NCBI RefSeq assembly: GCF_036588685.1
Contig: NC_086376.1
Span: 67,435,630 to 67,499,629, forward strand
DNA length: 64,000 nucleotides
Direction of reading: 5' to 3'
Origin: Mytilus trossulus
Lineage: Eukaryota
The notes below the pieces were generated by a model, which worked only from the letters and a program-made list of their open reading frames with translations, ran no database searches and was not told the origin of the DNA. This document shows, one piece after another, positions 53,961-64,000 of this stretch; position 1 is the first letter of the stretch, and each line of letters opens with the position of its first letter. Made by a program: the position numbers and the translations under genes.

Positions 53961-54819
53961 CGCAAGTTATATTTACAAACCTTTCCACAAGGTTTACAGA
54001 AAAACGAATAATCAATTGAAATAAATGAACATGTTAGAACTACACAATTTGAAAAAAGTACATTAAAAATAACTGAAATATACAACCTGTAACAGCTGAA
54101 AAAAATACTACCTTTGACGATGACTGTACCTTTCTAATATCAGAAGTATTAAGATATTTATTGTTTATATCACAGATTGCAGTATATATATGGGGATAGT
54201 AGAACCATAAACAACTTAATTACGTCACATGATACAACTATAAGTTAATGTATGGTGTAACCTTTTAATGCATAGAGACAGATTACACTTTTAAAATTCT
54301 ATTTAGGACGGCAATTTCCTTGATTCCTCAGGATAAGGTCAAGAATATGCGTTTATATCAAAATACGGTAGTAAAATTAATGGTGTCCTTCCATGTCAAA
54401 ATGTAAGGAAATATTTGTTTCGTATTTTTTGTTTAAGAAATATAACATTATTCTATTTGACTACACCTGTCCAACCAGTTTAAACTACATTCCTACAAAT
54501 CATACAACGTAATAAATTTGAAACTCACTTTTTGTTATTTATTGTTCAATCAGATATTGTACGTGTTGTCGTGCTAAGCATACACCTCTCGTTATTCAAA
54601 GTAAAGGACACTTTGACAAATTCGAAAAATACTCGCATATTCTAATTCATCACTGCCAAGTTTCTGACGTGGTTTTTAAGCAGCTATATGTTACTATATT
54701 ACGACCTTCAACAATAAAATATACCAAGCTTATAATTTAATACGCCAGACGCGCGATTCGTCTACATAAGACTCACTAGTGAAGCTCAGATCGAAATAGT
54801 CAAAGCCAAACAAGTACAA

Positions 54820-55285
54820 AAGAGGGACGAAAGATACCAGAGGGACAGTCAGGCAAACTCATCAATCGAAAAAAAAACTGACAAAGGCCATGGCTAAAAA
54901 TGAAAAAGACAAACAGTCAAACAATAGTATGTACATGACAAAACACAGAAAACTAAAGAATAAGCAACACGGACCCCACCAAAAACTGGGGTGATCTCAG
55001 CTGCTCCGGAAGGGTAAGCAAATGTTTTCCACATGTGGCACCCGTCGTGTTGCTCATCTTATAACAAACCCCGTCAATAGTCTAATTCGGTAGTCCACAT
55101 TCATTAAAAGGGAAGGAAATTGTTATTTCGGCGTGAGGAACATATCTGATATCATCTGTGAAACGGTTATTCCATAACAGTCAACCAACTCGTGATAGCG
55201 TCCGTGAAATTAACGAAGGGATGATTCCAACTTCAACATTTCGAACTCTTGGTTTAATAGCTTCCTTGTGAGCAACAACCCTCTA
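54820..55285 (-). mobile_element. Penelope-like family 2 3' fragment
   Basis: Colinear with about 44832-45300. Confidence 0.7.
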
Positions 55286-56068
55286 CCTCTTCTACAAAGT
55301 TGAGGAGCATTGATGTCCATAGTAACATTCATACATACACCATGAAATCAGTTATAGTGACTCCAACAAGTGGCTTCAGAATTTTGCACAGGTACATAAC
55401 AACATATAAATGAATATTTTTTTCCTAGACTAAATTATCAATCAGTACATTCTAATAAAGACATGACATTGTCATAAAAGGTAGGAAAAGGGATGTTAAG
55501 CCATACGTTTTCATATCTATATTAGTTATCAAAATAAGGTTTGAATCCTTTCATGCGTTTTAAAATATTCCTTTTAGGTCCCCTTAAGTACCAAAGCTTT
55601 TAACATATATGAGTGTTTCTACATCTTTTACTTTCATACTGTGGCGTTTGAGCTTCCCTATGGAGGTTTACCCAAAAAAACGAATTTTAGTTTTTTGTCG
55701 GCAGTTCTAATATTACTTAACTATATGCAATAAATGTCTCTTCAATGTTGCTCGTTGCCAAACTATTTCAAAAAGAAATGTATTCATACATTAGACAAGC
55801 CTATCAAACAAGCAAAAAACAACTATTTAAGGAAACCTTTTATAATTAGGACAATCAAGACTGTACAAAGTCAGGAATGTGACAGTTCTTGTCCATTCGT
55901 TTTTGATGCGTTTTGTTATTTGATTTTGCCACGTGATTATGGACTTTCCGATTTGATTTTCCTCTAAGTGCAGTATTTTTGTGATTTTACTTTTTAATAA
56001 ATTAAGTATTTCCGTAACAAATTATTTTCTTCTACAAATTTCTTGTTTGCAATGACCAAAAATTATTA

Positions 56069-57847
56069 AAACTAGAGGCTCTAAAGAGCCTGTGTCGCTC
56101 ACCTTGGTCTATGTGCATATTAAACAAAGGACACAAATGGATTCATGACAAAATTGTATTTTGGTGATGGTGATGTGTTTGAAGTTCTTACTTTACTGAA
56201 CGATTTTGCTTCTTACAATTATATCTATCATGAACTTTGCCCATTAGTAACAGAGAACTATATTTGGTAAAAATTTACATAAATTTACCAAATTAATGAA
56301 AATTGTTAAAAATTGACTATAAAAGGCAATAACTCCTTAAGGGGTCAATTGACCATTTAGGTCATGTTGACTTATTTGTAGATCTTACTTTTCTGAACAT
56401 TATTGCTGTTTACAGTTTATCGCTATCTATAATAGTATTCAAGATAACCAAAAACGGCAAAATTTCTTTAAAAATTACCAATTGGAGGGCAGCAACCCAA
56501 CAACCAGTTGTCCAATTCATCTGAAAAATTCAGGGCAGATAGATATTGACCTGAATAACAATTTAACTTCTTGTCAGATTTGCTCTAGATGCTTTGGTTT
56601 CATAGTTATAAGCAAAAAACTGCATTTTACCCCTATGTTCTATTTTTAGCCGTGGCGGCCATCTTGGTTGAATGGCCAGGTCATCGGACACATTTTTCAA
56701 ACTAGATACCCCAAAGATGATTGTGGCCTAGTAGTTTCAGTGGAGATTTTGTAAAAGATTACTTAGATTTATGAAAAATGGTTAAAAATTGACTATAAAG
56801 GGCAATAACTCCTAAAGGGGTCAACTGACCATTTTGGTCATGTTGACTTATTTGTAGATCTTACTTTGCTGAACATTATTGCTGTTTACAATTTATCTCT
56901 ATCTATAATAATATTCAAGATAATAACCAAAAACAGCAAAATTTCCTCAAAATTACCAATTCAGGGGCAGCAACCCAACAACCGATTGACCAATTCATCT
57001 GAAAATTTCAGGGCAGATAGTTCTTGACCTGATAAACATTTTTATCCCATGTCAGATTTCCTCAAAATGCTTTGGTTTTTGAGTTATAAGCCAAAAACTG
57101 CATTTTACCCCTATGTTCTATTTTTAGCGGTGGCGGCCATCTTGGTTGGTTGACCAGGTCACGCCACACATTTTTTAAACTAAATACCCCAAAGATGATT
57201 GTGGCCAAGTTTGGATTAATTTGGCCAAGTGGTTTCAGAGGAGAAGATTTTTGTAAAAGATTACTTTAATTAACGAAAAATGGTTAAAAATTGACTATAA
57301 AGGGTAATAACTCCTAAACGGGTCAACTGACCATTTTGGTCATGTTGACTTATTTGTAGATCTTACTTTGCTGAACATTATTGCTGTTTACAGTTTATCT
57401 CTAACTATAATAATATTCAAGATAATAACCAAAAACAGCAAAATTTCTTCAAAATTACCAATTCAGGGGCAGCAACCCAACAACCGATTGACCGATTCAT
57501 CTGAAAATTTCAGGGCAGATAGATCTTGACCTGATAAACATTTTTACCCGATGTCAGATTTGCTCTAAATGCTTTGGTTTTTGAGTTATAAGCCAAAAAC
57601 TGCATTTTACCCCTATGTTCTATTTTTAGCCGTGGCGGCCATCTTGGTTGGTTGACCGGGTCACGCCACACATTTTTTAAACTAGATACCCTAATGATGA
57701 TTGTGGCCAAGTTTGGTTTGATTTGGCCCAGTAGTTTCAGAGGAGAAGATTTTTGTAAAAGTTAACGACGACGGACGACGACGGACGACGGACGCCAAGT
57801 GATGAGAAAAGCTCACTTGGCCCTTCGGGCCAGGTGAGCTAAAAAAA
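56069..57847 (-). mobile_element. Helentron-type non-autonomous element with three ~480-500-bp internal tandem repeats
   Basis: Units start at 56313, 56789 and 57291. gacg microsatellite at about 57766-57795. Terminal hairpins ggctctaaagagcc and gctcacttggcccttcgggccaggtgagc; A-run flanks. Confidence 0.78.
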
Positions 57848-58510
57848 CAAACGACGAAACACCGTGACCAAAAATTAAAAAAAGACAAATAACATTTACA
57901 AAACACAGAAATCTAAAGATTGGACAACATGAACTTAAACAAAAATCCGGGTGAACTCAGGTACTCCGAAAGGCGTTCCTGCTTCGTATGCAACAAAAAT
58001 TAGAACTACACCTACCTCTTTTTTCCAACTTGTAAATAGAGAAGGTATGATCAGGCCACATCGTCACTGGAATAAAAAAAAAGAAGCTAATCCGTAAATT
58101 TCTTCCAAAAACGTTGTTCTATAACATGCCAGTATTTGTGTTTATAAATTTGAATTATTAGTATAGAAACATAAAGGCATATGTAGTATAACGAAATCAG
58201 AGATCTATCATATGCCAAATATCTTAATTAGATTGGAAACATGTGATTTCAAAGGACATTTAAATATTTTTTGGGAGAGAAAAAAAATCACTTAAAGTTT
58301 CGACCAAAACACAGAATTCGTGTAAATATTGCCTTTAGTACATTTGTATCACTGATTTTCAAATTTTGAAAAGCCTAAATTTTACTTCGATGTAAATAAT
58401 GGTGTGTAAGGGGTTAATGTACTAAGAGATAAGAACACGGATTTTGTTATTATGTAACATATAAGTCCTGTTATAAGACTCTTTATCTATCTAGTCACAC
58501 ATAAGCATAT

Positions 58511-59929
58511 ATGAGAAGAACAAAGATGCCAGTAGAATCAATTTCTAAGACTCCGGTTCATGTATCTTTTTTGTTTTTGTCATTATTTTCCCGTAAGTAT
58601 ATGATTTTGTTTACGATAACTGTATTATTTTCAACAACAAACAAGAACATTTTTCAAAATACTGATAATCAAATGTACTTACATAGTATTTTCGTATTGT
58701 TTATATAGATCATGATTCCGATCATAGAGTAGATGTTTTATATATGCGTCATTAAGACAGCAACCTGTCATAATGCTGATTTTTATTTTTATTTTTAATA
58801 TTGATATATTGTAAGAATAAGTGTGGACACAGATCAGTGTGGATATCAATATGTTAGAATCCTTGACAGTTTTTGTTAAATTGGGGAAATAGAATTGAGA
58901 AAGGAAATGGGGAATGGGTCAAAGCGATAACAACCCGACCATGCATTGAGCAGACAACAGCTAAGAATGATTACCAATCAGATAACTATCTAATAGAGTG
59001 AAAATTTATCGGATGTAAGCACCTTGTAATTTTCCGTTGTTTCGGAGTTTTGACCAATTTTGATTTTGAAAGAATAGAAAACTTACAATTTCAGTTTCAG
59101 AGCGTAACAGTGTATATCATGTCTCCTGCTTTTTCGCTTTAAGGGTTTTCTTCTTTTTTATTTTTGTAGTTACTGTGTCCTCTGCACATACTTGTGATGT
59201 TCGGTGGATTGTTGGCTACAGCAAATGTTATACGGTTCATCAAAAACTGTTAACATGGAATGAAGCTATGGTATATTTAAAGAAGTATTGATGAATTATT
59301 TGTTATGTCTAGCTCGTATTTGAGACACTTGTTATACCTTTATGTTTTGTAATATAAATGCATAATTCAAAACTAATTGGCATTTTTAATCACCTGTTTT
59401 ATGCGAGCGTTAAGTGCAACAGTTTGAGGACCGTTTGTAAAAATTTAAAAGGTGACAGTGACCACTACGGATAATTACTTTAAAGTATGTAGCTTATCGA
59501 AAAGCAACGAAACATTGATATAAAAAAGGGCAGGAAAATCATGACATTTATAGATTCTATACATTTATTATACCAATATAAGGACCGGAAAAGTGCATGA
59601 TGTTTTACATTGTTTTTTTTTTTATTTCACCAAATTATAAAAAAAACTCAGACATATTCAAATTCAAAAAGTTTAATGTCATATTTTTTGACATGAAGGT
59701 TTTTTCTCAAGAAAATTTTAAGTGTATCTAGTTGACGTATATTTCATGTTTTTAAAAGTCGGTTTGTTGTTTCTTCATTTTTTTCCTTCAAAATTTAGAT
59801 AAAAAATAAATGGTTGCGTTTATAACATTTTACAGCTTTATTGCCAGTCTCGTGGAGGACATCTTGCAAACATTGAAACAGAACAGGAAAGAGGTTTGAT
59901 CCAATCAATAATGGAAACATTTAATCCTG
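58511..59929 (+). CDS. C-type lectin F (A-type), exons 1-3 open; last exon not found in the window
   Basis: Exons 58511-58592 (alternative start 58526), 59170-59270, 59836-59929. CDVRWIVGYSKCYTVHQKLLTWNEAM-LYCQSRGGHLANIETEQERGLI. Exon 2 and 3 sizes (101, 94 nt) match lectin A. Confidence 0.8.
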
Positions 59930-60026
59930 GTAATAATTAATTATTAATCTTTCTCTCTCTCTCTCTGAAAATTTTAGAACTTAGCACATTTTTTGAGAGG
60001 AGTCTATGTGTTCTTCTAAAAGCGAT

Positions 60027-60473
60027 TAGAATCATATGCAAAACAGTGTGGCTGTGGCCATTGATTGACGTCCTAAATTATCCCATTGACTGGGACAGAT
60101 TATGTGAACTTTTGTCTGTAACGACCACTGCTCACTATGTACTTGTTAAAGACACTTAAACTGCGGGGTTACCAAAGGTTCTCAATACCTAAATAAAGTA
60201 ATTCGAAAAATTAATCATGAATAACACGATGTTATATGATTTATATCAAGAATATAAATCAAAACATAAAGGTTATTCCTGATTAATTTTTCGAATTATT
60301 TCATTATTAAGGCGTTAAGAACCTTTGGTGACCCTACAGTTTAAATTCTTTGATAAGTAAGTATACTGAGCAGTGTCGTTACAGACAAACGTTCACATAA
60401 TCTTTCCCAGTCATTGGATGAATTAAGGACGTCAATCAATGGCCACAAACACACTGTTTTGAATATGATTCTA
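60027..60473. mobile_element. Fold-back MITE (~447 bp, arms of about 200 bp)
   Basis: tagaatcatatgcaaaacagtgtg..gtggccattgattgacgtcct is mirrored by aggacgtcaatcaatggccac..cacactgttttgaatatgattcta; TA at both ends. Confidence 0.8.
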
Positions 60474-62049
60474 TTTGTTTGGCTACAATACAGGTCAAGA
60501 AAAAGATTATAGAAAATTGAATCCGCAATGGTCAAGTCTATGTCCCCCTTCCTTCCCCGAGTGCATTCAAAATAAAAACTGTTAAAATTGAAAAGACAAA
60601 ATGAAATTGAATCAATTTGGTTTCTATAATTTTTAGAATCATCGAAGATTTTAAAAAAAATAAAAGGTCATCGATTTGTCTTGAAAAAGGTTATTCTATT
60701 TTATTCCAAAAAATGCTTACTGTTCATAAAAGCAAGCCCTTAGTATTTAATTTCTGAAGAAATCGCGCCATAATAACTCTTTTTTTTTGGCATTTGAGAT
60801 CTTTAAACAGCTTAATATGTATGATTGTGAACCTTTTACGGTTCATAGTTAGTTGTTATATAGAACAACTTTCACTGTATTCTGTAAGAAGAAATGTGGT
60901 TCATGGTTTTCTAAAAAATCGTTGAATTGTACGCAGATTTAAATTCGGTATTTCCACATTTATCTAGGCTGAGCGAATAATTGCTTGACTAACGCAAAAC
61001 TAAATGCAAACGTGTATTGCACTTTCTGAGAGTACAGCATGTAGAATGTTGTGCAGATTAGCTGGGCGTAGGTGAACGTCACAATGGAAGACACAGTCAA
61101 CTGAAGAGACGTTGTCAATGTGACGGCACCTCCCCCTCACTACAGAATTCCATCTGTACCGAAACCGTTTGATGTTATTTTACAAGAAGCCAACATAATC
61201 GAAATATTTCAGTCAGTGTATAGAAGAATTACAGAAGAAAAAAATGAAGAAGAATCGGTATGCTTAATTTAAGTTAATATTCCTTTTTTATAACTCCTTA
61301 CAGCATCAATTGTGCTTATTATTGACGACTAAACTGGATGTCCGAAATGCGGATTCAAGTAACATGTGTATCTTTATATTAGTACACCTATTATAGTTTA
61401 TATAATTGACAGTCAAAAGATTGTGCACGCAAAAGTATAAAACAAAGACAACTACTCCAAAAATTTCCCTCATAATGATATTTAATTGTATTCTTGAGAT
61501 AGAACGAAAAAGTTAGAAATAGAAGGTGACGCATTAAATAAATGATGGTTTATCCTTAGCTTAAAAGTGTGTTCAATTTATCAGATAAACTATTATAGTC
61601 GTAGGTTTTTTTTTTCCTAAATAATACTTATATTATTATACACTGCATATTCCGCACAACAGTACTACGCAAAATAATAAAAATAGTTTTTTTAAGGATA
61701 GATCTCCATCTGTAGACTAAAAGATCGTGGTCGAAACTTGGTTTGACTTAAACTTTTCTTGTAATACTTCGATATTTATATGCTAACATATCTTTCGATC
61801 CAAAAAAAAAACCACATTATATGTTACACTTAGTCTAGTAAGATAAACTACGTCCTATTAATGACTGACAGCACTGCAGATTTAGTAGGTACATGCAACA
61901 CGAATTAAATATGTTGTACACAATTGTCTTAATCCATTGTATTATAATGGCAGTAGACAAAATTCAGCTGTACGAGATAGCAAAAACTATTTTGCGGGTG
62001 GTAATCGGGTGTTGGTGTGCCTACAAAATAGTCAAATTCTGTATTTGTC

Positions 62050-62192
62050 CAGGGGCGGTTCAAGCCATTTTAAAAAGGGGGTTCCAAACCCAGAGTAAAG
62101 GGGGGGGCAACTATTTGCTCCCATTCAAATGCATTGATCGTCCGAAAAAAGGGGGGTTCCACAAACCGATCCCCCACCTGGATCCGCCACTG
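62050..62192. mobile_element. Short GC-rich MITE (hAT-like CAG termini)
   Basis: caggggcgg..ccgccactg imperfect TIRs. A similar element lies at about 30203-30320. Confidence 0.55.
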
Positions 62193-62602
62193 TAGTCTGT
62201 CCTTATTTAGGAGTTTGTAAATCAGTGGTTGTCGTCCGTTGCTGTATATGATATTTGTTTTTCGATTATTATTCTGTATATAAATCAAACCGTTAGTTTT
62301 CTCGTTTACATATTTTATATTTGTTATTTCGGGGCCTTTCATAGCTGACTATACGATATGGGTTTTACTCATTGTTAAAGACCATACGTTGACCTATATA
62401 TGTTACTTTCTGTGTCTTTTTGTTTCCTATGGAGGGCTTTCTCACTGGCAATCCTATCTCATATTCTTATATGTATCCGTACATGAGATATACATCCATG
62501 TTTATATGACTGTAATAAACCATTACTCTAGGCAGTATAATCTGACTAAACCTGAAGTATTTCAGTCAATTTTGAAAATACTCACTGTTTTTCTTTTTTT
62601 AG

Positions 62603-64000
62603 TGATCCTGGTCTGGAAGAAAATACTACTCCAAAAGTTCAACTTTGGATAAACACGACACCAGAAAGAAGTAAGTTAAAAACGTGTTTCATGTTTATTC
62701 TTAGATATTTTGAGTCATACATACATATACATATAACAGGGAGGTTTGTTTTTAAAAAAAAAGGTCTTATGTATATTTTCACTTCACTTGTTCATGTTAC
62801 TTAAAGTTTGTTCGGAAATTTAATGCTTTTATATCAACTGCTTTTTATAGTATATTCTATACATTTTTATTGATGCATTGTTCATACTGCATTCTTTTCT
62901 GAAACAAATACACGTATTTTTGTAGGCACGTCAAGGAGCAGGAACCCCATGATAGATTGCGATACATTTGATAGGGTATTGAAGACAGGAAAAGAGTAAG
63001 TTTTATTTAGTGTATAAGAGAGACTATGAGACAATATCACAATATTTAAAGATAAAATAAAATCTAAATTATAAAGTGCTGCAAAATACAGCTTCGCATT
63101 TATTGTCAAAAGTCAGAAATTATATATTGTACTCGTTTTTGGGTCGTTAGTTAATATTCTTATGTATTTGTACTTATAGCCACCGAATGCCGTTTTGTCA
63201 TAATATTTTATCAACACGTTTCAAAAAATACATGTAATCCATAAAGAAATATTCCAATTCTTAGAAGTCCACATTTTATGTCAAAAACTATTCATTGGGT
63301 TATAATTACGATGAATAACAAAATATTGTTTCAGGTTGCTTGCCAACTGGAAGTTTTTAGTTGAAGAAAATGGACACGCCATCGGAACAGCCATTAACAA
63401 ACTACAGAATATGCAACCAAGCGAACTATCGGACAACAGAACTAGGAAAGAGATCGAACAACATATCGATTTCCATCATGCTGACAGACATGTAATGCAG
63501 AGATGCATGAACCATTTACAGTGGTCAATGCAAGACCGGCTGAATTTCCTGAGAGATCAGCAAAAATTTCTTCTGGATTATCAGAATAAACTGGAACATA
63601 TTTTTAACTCATTTGAAGAATGTAAACAATCAAGAGTTCAAGATCCATTTTCAAAATTCGTTACTGATGTCAAACTCAATCATTTTCACATGTTCAACGA
63701 AGAACTACTTATTTCTTCAAAAGAACGCGATAAAAAGAATGCCAGACATCTGATAGAGCCCAATACTATCAGTTTTGGAAATACCAATTTATACATGGGA
63801 AGACTTGGCAGGGCAAATATCATGACACCAATTTATGAAAATATATTTGAATTGGATGATTGCTGTACCGGGAAGTGTTTCGACCATCATTGTACTTGCT
63901 ATAGGTCTGACTCCGTTCTTAGTTTTGAAAACCACGAACTTAATATAGAATGTCAGCAGTATGAATTTGAAGAAAATAACAAACGAAATGAAAATGATTT
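62603..64000 (+). CDS. Uncharacterised multi-exon gene, runs off the right edge
   Basis: Phase-compatible GT-AG exons 62603-62670, 62926-62995 and 63335 to the end (about 220 open codons, absent from the ORF track because no stop is reached). Possible start ATG at 61244 in an exon ending 61257 (MKKNR|DPGLEENTTPKVQLW..). Confidence 0.75.

Noticed and set aside
56313-57760. Regular repeats considered as a CRISPR-like array (also 38887-39400)
   Set aside because: Eukaryotic context, long contiguous units, no unique spacers and no cas genes.
61084-61257. ATG..in-frame TGA (61102-61104)..open frame to a GT donor, considered as a selenocysteine codon
   Set aside because: No redox motif and no SECIS can be assessed. 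This frame is also phase-incompatible with the next exon at 62603, whereas the ATG at 61244 fits.

Overview
AT-rich, intron-rich animal DNA. The repeat content points to a bivalve, probably Mytilus-like (inference). The core is a + strand tandem cluster of 4-exon perlucin-like C-type lectin genes that I spliced by hand. Two copies are intact (A 4859-9261, D 33653-36368). B is a full-length pseudogene, three loci are partial or decayed (C, a half-exon at 32.4 kb, E), and F has no last exon in the window. Three - strand genes sit between the lectins: a FAMeT-domain plus PAN/Apple gene with a frameshift, and two paralogues (G1, G2) of an unrecognised secreted precursor with signal peptide, two conserved Cys and an R-x-K-R convertase site. 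The window also holds several type I hammerhead-ribozyme repeats (retrozyme-like, 363-372 nt spacing), Penelope-like and RTE-X-like retroelement fragments, a tRNA-derived SINE, Helentron-like elements and MITEs. A terminal exon lies at the left edge and an unknown multi-exon gene runs off the right edge. Most short ORFs in the supplied track are noise. Family assignments come from motif recognition, not database searches.
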